Source: an uncultured virus (IMG/VR IMGVR_UViG_3300030098_003452) (Duplodnaviria; Heunggongvirae; Uroviricota; Caudoviricetes; Crassvirales). Taken from it: DNA of 20,000 bases. Under the pieces are notes generated by a model. The model worked only from the letters and a program-made list of their open reading frames with translations, was not told the origin of the DNA and searched no databases. Shown here piece by piece: positions 1-8,550 of the stretch. The position numbers and the translations under genes were made by a program. The stretch's first letter is position 1. Each line of letters starts with the position of its first letter. Location of the stretch: the IMG/VR virus record IMGVR_UViG_3300030098_003452, positions 47,290 through 67,289 of that record. One strand, 5' to 3'.

Positions 1-2
1 AT

Positions 3-662
3 GGGCCTTTATGCATAGATCATTTTGCTGCTAAAGTAGAGTATTTAAAAGATGGTTTTGCAGATGTTGAATATTTTGAATTATCAGAAAGATATAGGTA
101 TAAAAAAGATAAAAACTTAGCGTTTAGTATAGGTGCTGTACATAGATTAGCAGAACCGTATGGATACGATCCTTTAGCGGATTGGATGTTGTCAAATGGT
201 AATTTACATTACACTTATTTAGCTTTAGAAGAGGGGTATAATGTAGACGTAGCTAATGATATATATATGGATCCTGATGGAAACATTGTTGCTAATAGCG
301 CTGATGTATGGAAAGAAATTGTTATACCTCAGGTGCTAGCAGATTATACAACCAAAAAAAGAAATGAATTAGAGAGAATCATACAGCACTCTATTGTTAT
401 AGGTTTTGATTACTATAAATATACCAAAAGCAATTGGTTACACGCTTGGGGAAATATATTACCTTATCATTATAATGATGGTAATGAGTTTTCTTATCAT
501 AATTATATAGAAGACAACCAATGGTATGATTATTCTGGAGGCATTATATTTGGGCAAAAAGTTAGTAAGCAATTAGGATTATTTGCTGAAGGTAAATATA
601 ATAAATATTGGAATAGAGAATGGTATGATTTTAAATTTGGTATTAATTATATTATAAGGTAA
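3..662 (+). CDS. 5'-truncated protein with probable outer-membrane beta-barrel C-terminus
   Basis: The frame of ORF 186..662 stays open back to position 3 (GPLCIDHFAAKVEYLKDGFADVEYF...). Aromatic-rich alternating strands; ends WYDFKFGINYIIR. Confidence 0.6.
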   Translation, partial: GPLCIDHFAAKVEYLKDGFADVEYFELSERYRYKKDKNLAFSIGAVHRLAEPYGYDPLADWMLSNGNLHYTYLALEEGYNVDVANDIYMDPDGNIVANSADVWKEIVIPQVLADYTTKKRNELERIIQHSIVIGFDYYKYTKSNWLHAWGNILPYHYNDGNEFSYHNYIEDNQWYDYSGGIIFGQKVSKQLGLFAEGKYNKYWNREWYDFKFGINYIIR

Positions 663-832
663 TGAAAATTGGTACTAAAAGACAAGAAAGATTTAAAAAA
701 TCAAACACAGGTTATATACAAAAAAATAATCCATTTCCAGTGACTAGCTGTGGAAGAAGAAGAACGTTAATGATGACAAACAAACCTGTAAAATTATTTA
801 TGAAAAATAAAAATACGAATTATGACATTTAA
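662..832 (+). CDS. small basic hypothetical protein (56 aa)
   Basis: Hand-translated MKIGTKRQERFKKSNTGYIQKNNPFPVTSCGRRR...; ATG overlaps the upstream stop (TAATG); fills the gap between ORFs. Confidence 0.6.
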   Translation: MKIGTKRQERFKKSNTGYIQKNNPFPVTSCGRRRTLMMTNKPVKLFMKNKNTNYDI

Positions 833-1112
833 AATGAAAGGTTCTCCACATAAAATGGGGGCAATAATAGGTACTTCTGCTTTTAAACAAGATAAAAACA
901 AAACAGTAACAAAAAAAGAAAAAGAATATGCTACGGCAGGTATACCTGGAACTGTTTATGACGTAGATGGCAACAAAGTGTCTACAGATAATATGGACCA
1001 CGGTAATTTAACTGAGTGGAAAACTGGTGAAGATGGTAGAAAATATTTCACCGTTAAAGAAGACACAAAAAGATACGAGGCGGATACTAGATTTTATTTA
1101 AAATCTAAATAA
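822..1112 (+). CDS. hypothetical protein with MxFKMKG leader
   Basis: 96-aa ORF beginning MTFKMKGSPHKMG...SAFKQ. Confidence 0.75.
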   Translation: MTFKMKGSPHKMGAIIGTSAFKQDKNKTVTKKEKEYATAGIPGTVYDVDGNKVSTDNMDHGNLTEWKTGEDGRKYFTVKEDTKRYEADTRFYLKSK

Positions 1113-1117
1113 AGACC

Positions 1118-1486
1118 GTGTATACTTATAAAATTTCCCCATTAAAAGTANNNNNNNNNNACACTATTGATGCTGATATAGATTTAGGTTTTGATATTAA
1201 AGTGAAAAAAAGAATTAGGTTTATGGGGATAAATGCTCCAGAATCTAGAACTAGAGATTTAGAAGAAAAAGCTAAAGGATTAGCTGCTAAAGACAGGGTT
1301 AAAGCTTTGTTAGATGGTTGTGATAATATAACATTAAAATCACATGGTATAGGTAAGTTTGGAAGATGTTTAGGAGAAATATTTTTAGATAGAGTTGATG
1401 GTAAAGAATGTTTAACTTTAAGAAGTTTAAATGAATTATTAATTAGTGAGAGTCATGCAGTAGAATATCACGGGGGAAAAAGATAA
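1118..1486 (+). CDS. thermonuclease (SNase-family) nuclease
   Basis: TIDADIDLGF, RIRFMGINAPE and GKFGRCLG match SNase motifs; the DGD motif would fall in the N gap at 1151-1160; GTG start. Confidence 0.8.
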   Translation: MYTYKISPLKVXXXXTIDADIDLGFDIKVKKRIRFMGINAPESRTRDLEEKAKGLAAKDRVKALLDGCDNITLKSHGIGKFGRCLGEIFLDRVDGKECLTLRSLNELLISESHAVEYHGGKR

Positions 1487-1489
1487 ATT

Positions 1490-1975
1490 ATGAAAATTAA
1501 AAACATGGCTTATTGGAAAGCTAAAAATAAAACACCACTCCAACAATCAGCGAGTGATTTTGTTGTTGATACAGTTAAAAAAGAAGCGTTAAAATCAGGT
1601 GTTAAAAATCTAGCTGGACAAGTTTTAGGGAAAACAGGAGGAGAAATTGTAAAAAAGGTACTTCCTGGAGCAGGAATAATTGCTTCTTTACGTCAAATGT
1701 ATAAAAGTGGCCAGGAGCATTCTGGAGGAAAATATGGTTATGAACCAAATCCTAATTATGATCCAAAAACTGGAGAAGGTGTACACAGTGAAGATGTATA
1801 TACAGATAAAGGAGAATATGGAGGCACTGCTCAATGGAGAAAAACAAAACCAATAGGTTGGGAAGGTTGGTCAGATGAAAGAAAATATCCCCAAAAAGAT
1901 ATTCCTACTTATCCTCTTTCTGAAGAAGATAAAAAGAAAGGTGATTTTTCAGGAAAATGGAGTTTACCAGAATAA
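1490..1975 (+). CDS. hypothetical protein
   Basis: 161-aa ORF with AAATTATG start context; amphipathic Gly/Lys segment. Confidence 0.75.
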   Translation: MKIKNMAYWKAKNKTPLQQSASDFVVDTVKKEALKSGVKNLAGQVLGKTGGEIVKKVLPGAGIIASLRQMYKSGQEHSGGKYGYEPNPNYDPKTGEGVHSEDVYTDKGEYGGTAQWRKTKPIGWEGWSDERKYPQKDIPTYPLSEEDKKKGDFSGKWSLPE

Positions 1976-1994
1976 AATTTAAAAAAAGAAAATT

Positions 1995-2168
1995 ATGATA
2001 AATTGGATAAATGGTTTTAATACCACAAACAAAAAAGAAAAATATAAATTAGAATTACGAATTGGAACTTTTACAGTTTTAGAAATAAAAGCGTGTTTAT
2101 TTTGTGATGAAAATTGCAAGGCTAAACGTTTTAGATTTATGATTTGTAATTTAGGATTAGAAATGTAA
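1995..2168 (+). CDS. small hypothetical protein (57 aa)
   Basis: Hand-translated MINWINGFNTTNKKEKYKLELRIGTFTVLEIKACLFCDENCKAKRFRFMICNLGLEM; AAAATTATG start; fills the gap. Confidence 0.7.
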   Translation: MINWINGFNTTNKKEKYKLELRIGTFTVLEIKACLFCDENCKAKRFRFMICNLGLEM

Positions 2169-2179
2169 AAACAAAAATT

Positions 2180-2716
2180 ATGGCATTTAAGATGAGGGGC
2201 TTTCCCCAACACCAAACAAAATCAACATTAAAGCAATATACAAATACGTCTTCCGCTTTTAAACAGGGGGTACAACAACCTCTGGGTGGAACTGATATGG
2301 ATACTATACCTCAAAATCCAACAATGTTCAAATATCAAAATCCAGATGGTAGTATATCATGGCTTACTAAAGAACAGATAAAAGAAAGAGAACAAGAAAG
2401 AAAAAATAGACAAGCAGTAAGTTCAAAAGAAGAAAGAACAGGTGATCCAAGTAAAGACAAATCAGCGACATATGCAGCAACCACAAAAGATATTGTAAAC
2501 GAGGCTAGAAGAAATTTAGAAAAAGGTAAATCGGTTTCTCAAACAAGAGGAGTAGGAAATAAAGCAGGAAGAGGACTTAAAAATGTTTTGAAATTTGGAG
2601 CAAAAAGACTACCTTGGGTTGGTGCTGGGCTCACGGTTAAGGATGTAATGGAAGGTAAAAGCCTTGGAAACGCCTTATTAGATAATTTCCTTTTTGGAGA
2701 TCTGTGGAGAAAGTAA
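2180..2716 (+). CDS. hypothetical protein with MAFKMRG leader
   Basis: 178-aa ORF beginning MAFKMRGFP...STLKQ...SAFKQ. Confidence 0.75.
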   Translation: MAFKMRGFPQHQTKSTLKQYTNTSSAFKQGVQQPLGGTDMDTIPQNPTMFKYQNPDGSISWLTKEQIKEREQERKNRQAVSSKEERTGDPSKDKSATYAATTKDIVNEARRNLEKGKSVSQTRGVGNKAGRGLKNVLKFGAKRLPWVGAGLTVKDVMEGKSLGNALLDNFLFGDLWRK

Positions 2717-2723
2717 ATAAAAT

Positions 2724-3185
2724 ATGAAAAAAATTAGTAAGCATATTAGCTGGCACGAGGCTACATACAGTAGAACAGGTGAAAGAAAAAATTTAGATAA
2801 CACTCCTAACGAAGAGCAACTAAAATGTATGAGAGAGGTTGCTGAAAATTTATTTGAACCACTAAGAGAATGGGTTGGTGGACCAATAAAAATAAATAGT
2901 TTTTTTAGAGGTGAACCAGTCAACACGGCTATAGGTGGAAGTAAAAGATCTCAACATATGAAAGGCCAAGCTATAGATATAGACGATACGTTTAAATATA
3001 AAACGAATGCAGAAATGTATCGTTATATAAAAGACAATTTAGACTTTGATCAAATGATTTGGGAGTTTGGTGACGATAAGAATCCTAACTGGTTACACAT
3101 TAGCTGGGTATCACATAGACCTAATAGAAAAAAATTAACCATTGCTAAAAAAGTAAATGGTAAAACTAAGTATATACATAAATAA
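2724..3185 (+). CDS. peptidase M15A family Zn peptidase, putative endolysin
   Basis: INSFFR, SQHMKGQAID (H-x6-D) and WLHIS zinc-ligand motifs. Confidence 0.85.
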   Translation: MKKISKHISWHEATYSRTGERKNLDNTPNEEQLKCMREVAENLFEPLREWVGGPIKINSFFRGEPVNTAIGGSKRSQHMKGQAIDIDDTFKYKTNAEMYRYIKDNLDFDQMIWEFGDDKNPNWLHISWVSHRPNRKKLTIAKKVNGKTKYIHK

Positions 3186-3212
3186 ACAATTAATTAATTA
3201 AAAAAGAAAATT

Positions 3213-3629
3213 ATGGCAACAACGACAGCGACTTTAACGCTAACAAGTACTGACCTGCTGACAGATTCATTATCGCTGTCGGCTACACAAACGTTGTACA
3301 AGGCAGGTACAACAACAGGATTGGATAGTATCCAATACGAAAGATTAGAAGTTCCAACTGGTGACGTTTATGATTTATTAGACGCTACTTCCGCAGGGGC
3401 AAATAAAGCTAACAAAGTTTATATAGCAAATAAACATACTGATGCTACAAAATACGTTGACATTTATATAGCGTCTTTATGTATTGGTAGATTATATGCT
3501 GGTGATTGGGCTTTCTTTCCTTTAGAGGCGGCTGCAGCTACACAAGACGTAGGTATAGAAGCTATTTCAGCTGCTCAAGTAGTTGAATTCGCTTTAATTC
3601 ACGAAGGGAAAACACTAGTAGCATCATAG
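3213..3629 (+). CDS. putative virion protein, paralog 1
   Basis: Thr/Ala-rich, beta-strand-like; clear similarity to 3654..4073. Confidence 0.6.
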   Translation: MATTTATLTLTSTDLLTDSLSLSATQTLYKAGTTTGLDSIQYERLEVPTGDVYDLLDATSAGANKANKVYIANKHTDATKYVDIYIASLCIGRLYAGDWAFFPLEAAAATQDVGIEAISAAQVVEFALIHEGKTLVAS

Positions 3630-3653
3630 TATTAATATAAAAAATAAATAAAA

Positions 3654-4073
3654 ATGGCGACAACAACAGCACAAATAACATTAACTAGTACAGACATAGC
3701 TGATAACGCATTATCTATTTCTAATACGATGACGCTTACTACAGCAGGAACTGAAACTGGTATTACAGAAACAACTGGATTAGCTAGAAAGAAAATAGCT
3801 AGCAATTCTTTAGCAGATTTAATTACAGTGGCAAACACTGACGTTACAGCTGCTAAATCAGCTAAAGTATACATCAAAAACACTAGTACCGCTACAGACA
3901 AGTATGGCTTAGTAGGTATTGGAGATTCAAGTGGAACACCAATTTATATAGGTAGACTATATGGGGGTGATTGGATGTTAATTCCATGGGACGCAAACTC
4001 TGGAGAAGACATTACAATGACTATGAGTGATTCTACTGAAACAATTATTGAGTATATGGTATTCTTTGAATAA
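3654..4073 (+). CDS. putative virion protein, paralog 2
   Basis: Shares MATTTAxxTLTSTD, KVYIxN and IGRLYxGDW with the upstream gene. Confidence 0.6.
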   Translation: MATTTAQITLTSTDIADNALSISNTMTLTTAGTETGITETTGLARKKIASNSLADLITVANTDVTAAKSAKVYIKNTSTATDKYGLVGIGDSSGTPIYIGRLYGGDWMLIPWDANSGEDITMTMSDSTETIIEYMVFFE

Positions 4074-4088
4074 GAATATTTAACACAA

Positions 4089-4128
4089 AATAAAAGGGAT
4101 AACCATAATTGGCTATCCCTTTTTTATT
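4089..4128. terminator. bidirectional rho-independent terminator
   Basis: AAAAGGGATAACCA-TAAT-TGGCTATCCCTTTT hairpin with A and T tracts on either side, between the convergent gene blocks. Confidence 0.85.
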
Positions 4129-4141
4129 TAATTAACTATTG

Positions 4142-4342
4142 TTAAACTAAAACAGAATTTTTCTGTTTTTGAATTTCAACTCTAATTTCCTGGGCTAAAG
4201 ATTTTATAACTTGCATAGACTTTCTAACTCTTGTCCCCGCTGAGTTGTTACCTTCCACGAATTTTTCAGTATCTGGTACAGCTCTTTCAAATTCCTCACC
4301 CATTTTTTGATATAATTTAATTATATTATTTTCCATATTCAT
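4142..4342 (-). CDS. histone H1-like (Hc1-family, Bacteroidota-type) small DNA-binding protein
   Basis: EKFVEGNNSAGTRVRKSMQ matches the GNxxAGTRxRK signature. Confidence 0.7.
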   Translation of the reverse strand: MNMENNIIKLYQKMGEEFERAVPDTEKFVEGNNSAGTRVRKSMQVIKSLAQEIRVEIQKQKNSVLV

Positions 4343-4345
4343 ATT

Positions 4346-4489
4346 TTATTCTTTAATTGTTTCTTCTACTTTTGGTTCGTCAGTTGTAACTTCTTCTACG
4401 TCCCGAGATTGCCACCAAGCTAATGCAGCGCCAATAATAAAAAGCACAATAATAACTATTTTTTTATTTTCTTTTAATTTTTCTAACAT
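4346..4489 (-). CDS. small single-pass membrane protein (47 aa)
   Basis: Hand-translated MLEKLKENKKIVIIVLFIIGAALAWWQSRDVEEVTTDEPKVEETIKE. Confidence 0.7.
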   Translation of the reverse strand: MLEKLKENKKIVIIVLFIIGAALAWWQSRDVEEVTTDEPKVEETIKE

Positions 4490-4515
4490 TCTAAAATTTT
4501 TCGTTAAACATTAAT

Positions 4516-4914
4516 TTAAAATTTATAAGATAAACCTATCTTAAATTTGCCTTCAGAATCTTCTTCCATAGACATCATGTAACTTGGCTCGACATATAAC
4601 TCGTTCCAAACTTTTAAAGAATAACCAACACCAAACATCATGTTATCGGCTATTTCTTCCATAGGCATTTGTACGATTGCGTAGCATCCACTAAAATAGT
4701 ATCTACCCCACATATCATATTCTTCGCCACTTTTTACAATACCAACAGTCATTTTATCATTAAACATATAACCAACTCCCATGTTATCTGTTATACTCGA
4801 CATTTCCCATTTAGCATCTTCTTCTGGTTGATCTATAGTTGTTACAACCATAAATTGAGCAGAAGCAAACATTGTAGCGAAAGCTAATGCCATTGTTAAA
4901 AACATTTTTTTCAT
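4516..4914 (-). CDS. small outer-membrane beta-barrel protein with signal peptide
   Basis: Sec signal MKKMFLTMALAFATMFASA|Q, alternating beta strands, terminal KIGLSYKF (C-terminal Phe beta-signal). Confidence 0.75.
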   Translation of the reverse strand: MKKMFLTMALAFATMFASAQFMVVTTIDQPEEDAKWEMSSITDNMGVGYMFNDKMTVGIVKSGEEYDMWGRYYFSGCYAIVQMPMEEIADNMMFGVGYSLKVWNELYVEPSYMMSMEEDSEGKFKIGLSYKF

Positions 4915-4935
4915 AATTTTTGTTTTAATTAATAA

Positions 4936-6798
4936 TTAAGTTACTTCACAACTTCCACCCGCGCAAGCTAATTCACCAGATAAATCAGTATTATCCTCTG
5001 TTTCTATTATTTTTGATAAATCAACTTCTTGCAAAGTTTTAGTCATTTCTTCATATTTCCGTTTTATTATGTCCTCGAAAGGAGCCTGTACATAAGTACC
5101 ACCATCATACGGTAAAACGGATAAACCGTTATAATGATCTCTGTTTTCCCACATCCATTCACCAGCTTTTTCCCAATCATTATCTTTTAAAGATATTGTA
5201 GCAGAAACATTATGAGTATTAGATCCAACTCTGTGACCTTCTTTAACCCATTCTTTAGCTACTTTTTTAACTCTTTCTAAAAGATCAAAAGCAGATTCTG
5301 TTCTAACTATAGAACCTTTTGGTGAAGCTTGTGGGATACTAATAATTGCAGTGTCGTGTGGTCTAAAGAAATCATCTTCTAACAATTCTGGATGATGAAT
5401 AGTAAGATAACTATAAATTGCTTCATTTTTACCCACACGTATTCTACGTATATAGTATTTATTGTGCCAAGCATGTATACCCGATGAAGTGCCTAAAACT
5501 AGAGATGTTGTTCCTGCTGGTTTTACAGTTGTACATCTAGCAGCTTTATTAATACCTATAGATTTAGACACGGTTGCATTAGTAATTTTAACATGCTTAG
5601 CAGCTTCTTCCATATTTAATTCAAGAACTTTACCAGAGGCTATTCCTGTCATTGACACTCCTATAAGAGCATCTTTTTCAGTGGTCTCTTGCCAAATTTC
5701 TCTTAAATAATGAAAGTCAGTGTAACCAGCTTGTAATGTTCCTATAAAAGCAGCCGCAGTCACTCTATTGTTTAATTCATCTTGAGTTTCTACGTCTGAA
5801 ACATTTACTTCACATAGGTTACAAAATTGAAACGGACGTAATGCTATTTCACAACAGGGATTAGTCCCCCAATCTTTATCGTTATTTAAATATATTCCTG
5901 GCTCACCAGATCCAGATAATTCTATACGTTTCCATAGATCCATAAAAAAATCTTTAGTGACTTTATGTCTCATTAAAACCGCTGAATTATTTGCTCTACC
6001 TCTTTGTGGGTTTGTTTCCCACCAAGAGCCAGATTTACAAGATATCATTTCTTCATCATACGCGGAAAATAATGATATAAGAGCTGCCCTACGTATACCT
6101 CCAGCGAGGACGGCATCTGCAATATGGCAGATAATATCATGCACTTCAACGCTCGATAAAATTGTTCCATCTTCTTTACTTTCTAATATTCCTTTAATTT
6201 TTACAATACACTCTTTTAATGGTTGTGGTCCAGGTGCTTTTCCCCCAGAGGTCACGAGACGTGCTCCCTTAGGCCTAATATCAGAATAATCAAATTTTAT
6301 CTTAGATGATCTCTTAGAGCCCAAATAAGACTTGATTAAAACTTTTATTGCATCTGACCAACCTTCTATTGAATCTCCTATTACGAACCTTCTTGTTCTT
6401 TTGCTATGAGGCTTTATAACTTCAGGTAGCTTTTTAATATTATGTTGTTGTACAGAATATCCAACTCCACATCCTGATAGTAATAAAAACATTACTTCAG
6501 AAAAAGCATCAATATGGTCAATAGGTAAAAAAGCGCAGTTATAAAGTCTATTAGGTGAAATTTCAATTGGTTTACCTCCGAATTGTAAACTTCTCATAGA
6601 TGGTAAAACTTTTTTCTTATAAACATATCTATAGAATGTTTCTATATCATCTATTAATTCAGGGTATCTACGCTTGTGCATTTCTTTATTACGAGTAACT
6701 AATTCTTCCCAACTTTCTCTTCTTTGAAGTTCTGGGATATATTTAGCATACTTCATATGCACTGTTATATCAGATAGTATTTTATTATTTAAACTCAT
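4936..6798 (-). CDS. nrdJ: class II (adenosylcobalamin-dependent, RTPR-like) ribonucleotide reductase
   Basis: LPSMRSLQFGG, LYNCAF, TNPCCEI, TVKPAGT and C-terminal ACAGGSCEV; no class I beta subunit nearby; likely start MSLNNK at 6798. Confidence 0.9.
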   Translation of the reverse strand: MSLNNKILSDITVHMKYAKYIPELQRRESWEELVTRNKEMHKRRYPELIDDIETFYRYVYKKKVLPSMRSLQFGGKPIEISPNRLYNCAFLPIDHIDAFSEVMFLLLSGCGVGYSVQQHNIKKLPEVIKPHSKRTRRFVIGDSIEGWSDAIKVLIKSYLGSKRSSKIKFDYSDIRPKGARLVTSGGKAPGPQPLKECIVKIKGILESKEDGTILSSVEVHDIICHIADAVLAGGIRRAALISLFSAYDEEMISCKSGSWWETNPQRGRANNSAVLMRHKVTKDFFMDLWKRIELSGSGEPGIYLNNDKDWGTNPCCEIALRPFQFCNLCEVNVSDVETQDELNNRVTAAAFIGTLQAGYTDFHYLREIWQETTEKDALIGVSMTGIASGKVLELNMEEAAKHVKITNATVSKSIGINKAARCTTVKPAGTTSLVLGTSSGIHAWHNKYYIRRIRVGKNEAIYSYLTIHHPELLEDDFFRPHDTAIISIPQASPKGSIVRTESAFDLLERVKKVAKEWVKEGHRVGSNTHNVSATISLKDNDWEKAGEWMWENRDHYNGLSVLPYDGGTYVQAPFEDIIKRKYEEMTKTLQEVDLSKIIETEDNTDLSGELACAGGSCEVT

Positions 6799-6803
6799 AT
6801 ATT

Positions 6804-6935
6804 CTATTTTAAGGTTATACAAAAATCTACAAACGGTAAATAGATTACATGGTTTCTTTTATTAACCTCTGTGTAAGTTCTAAATCCGAATAGTATCCCC
6901 GGGTAGAACCCTACACTGAATTCCCAATCTTTCAT
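6804..6935 (-). CDS. small hypothetical protein (43 aa)
   Basis: Hand-translated MKDWEFSVGFYPGILFGFRTYTEVNKRNHVIYLPFVDFCITLK; fills the gap. Confidence 0.65.
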   Translation of the reverse strand: MKDWEFSVGFYPGILFGFRTYTEVNKRNHVIYLPFVDFCITLK

Positions 6936-6936
6936 A

Positions 6937-7383
6937 TTATTTAATTTTATTAGTTATTAATTCAATTACTTGATCGCATTCTTTTTGGTTCTGAGGCTTA
7001 TATAGAGTCACATGTTTTAAATGTTCTTTTACATATTTTTTAAACATTTTCCAACGAATTGGAAAACTTTCATTTGCTCTACCTTTACATTCTATTATAA
7101 ATGAATCACTTACAAAATCAGGTGTATATTTAATATTTTGTATCTTTTTTTGTCCTCTATTAACCATATCACCCTTTCCATTAGACTGCCGCTCGTAAGA
7201 ATCTATATTGAACATAAAGTCTTCTTGTAGTACAAATGTAGCCCCTTCATATAAAGCTTTTATTTTAGCTTTCTTTAAAGCTATATACATATATTTCTCT
7301 AAACCTGATGCGAACTGAATCCCATCAAAAGTAACTTTTTTACTTCTGACAGGACCTTTTTTTCTTTTATATTTCTTCTTCAT
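6937..7383 (-). CDS. PD-(D/E)xK endonuclease, T7 endonuclease I / DUF1064-like
   Basis: FASGLE, KYTPDF and IIECKG motifs; likely start MKKKYKR. Confidence 0.75.
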   Translation of the reverse strand: MKKKYKRKKGPVRSKKVTFDGIQFASGLEKYMYIALKKAKIKALYEGATFVLQEDFMFNIDSYERQSNGKGDMVNRGQKKIQNIKYTPDFVSDSFIIECKGRANESFPIRWKMFKKYVKEHLKHVTLYKPQNQKECDQVIELITNKIK

Positions 7384-7678
7384 CACGTTGAAATTTTTCA
7401 ATCATAGCTTCTTCAGATAAATCGTGAAGCTCTTCACGTGCTGCTTGTATATATAAAATTGCATCCATTAATTCCTCTTGAATATCATTAAGATATTTTT
7501 GAAGACCTTTCATTTTAAGCCTACGCTCATCGTCTAATGTTGATTCGTATTTAGCATATCCAACATCAGAACGTTTTACAAATTTGTCACAAACGTGTCT
7601 AACTACTGGGTCTCTGAATGCATATTCCTTTCTTGATTCGATACCATTTTTGGCATCATGTATTTCTCTACTTGACAT
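7367..7678 (-). CDS. putative all-alpha NTP pyrophosphatase-like protein
   Basis: RSDVGYAKY and IQEELMDAILY (EExxD) pattern; adjacent to MazG. Confidence 0.5.
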   Translation of the reverse strand: MSSREIHDAKNGIESRKEYAFRDPVVRHVCDKFVKRSDVGYAKYESTLDDERRLKMKGLQKYLNDIQEELMDAILYIQAAREELHDLSEEAMIEKFQRDEEEI

Positions 7679-7680
7679 AA

Positions 7681-8550
7681 TTAATCTTTTTTAAATGTTC
7701 CGTTATCCATTTTACCTGTTCTATTTTTAATCTCATCGTAAGCTGCATCAATACATTTTTCTATTGGGTAACCAACTAACTCAGCTAAATTTGTTAATAC
7801 AACTATGCAATCACCAATACCATCAATGATTTGTTCTCTATCATCTTTTAATACAGCCCTACATATTTCACCAGCCTCTTCCATTAGTTTAAGTGTTTGA
7901 GTTTTAGGATCACCTTTATCATACAAACCTCTTGATCTAGCCCATTCTCTAATTAAATCAAAACGATCATTACATTCTGGCTTACACTTCTTTTGTCTAA
8001 TACCTGTTGGTGATAAAGCGCCTGTTAAAGTTCCATTACGTTTTTGCTCAACTTCATTCATTTGTTTAGCATTATCAAACATGTTACTATAAGCATTGTT
8101 ATTATCAAAATATCTAGCAAAAGCTTTGTTGTATATATAACACCTATCTTGAGTATATTGAGATGTTTTAACGTTATCCATTATCCATTCAATAGATTTA
8201 TCTGTTATAACACAATTTCCATGCTCTGTTTCCCAAGACATTCCTTTGTTATCCATAAGTTGTCCTTTTAGTTTGTTGACTGGACAAGGAAACGTTGTCG
8301 TCATTTCTGTTATATTTATATTCATATTATTATTATTAAATTTAAGTTTATTATAAGGTATTTCATCAACTCTATAACCATAAGCTTCCTGTAGTTTTAA
8401 TTCAAGTCTTGATATTAAATCAATATCATCTGTTTGAGTTAATACTCCATACTCACCTGGTTCATAACCCTGTTGACGTTCAACTCTTTCTTTTAAATCG
8501 CGAGTTACCCCGATTTTCTTTCCTGGTATGTGGTATAAGTAATATGTCAT
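7681..8550 (-). CDS. multidomain protein with C-terminal MazG-like NTP pyrophosphohydrolase and N-terminal GIY-YIG-like region
   Basis: C-terminal KLMEEAGEI...IIDGIGDCIVVL (EExxE...DxxxD); N-terminal YYLYH...KKIGVT...ERVERQQ. Confidence 0.75.
   Translation of the reverse strand: MTYYLYHIPGKKIGVTRDLKERVERQQGYEPGEYGVLTQTDDIDLISRLELKLQEAYGYRVDEIPYNKLKFNNNNMNINITEMTTTFPCPVNKLKGQLMDNKGMSWETEHGNCVITDKSIEWIMDNVKTSQYTQDRCYIYNKAFARYFDNNNAYSNMFDNAKQMNEVEQKRNGTLTGALSPTGIRQKKCKPECNDRFDLIREWARSRGLYDKGDPKTQTLKLMEEAGEICRAVLKDDREQIIDGIGDCIVVLTNLAELVGYPIEKCIDAAYDEIKNRTGKMDNGTFKKD

Noticed and set aside
5462..6289. + strand ORFs antisense to nrdJ, and similar shadow ORFs at 798, 1979, 2678, 3632, 4669, 8044, 9521, 9525, 13339, 14787, 15139, 18462 and 18550
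   Set aside because: They overlap better-supported genes on the opposite strand or in another frame and have no recognisable motifs.
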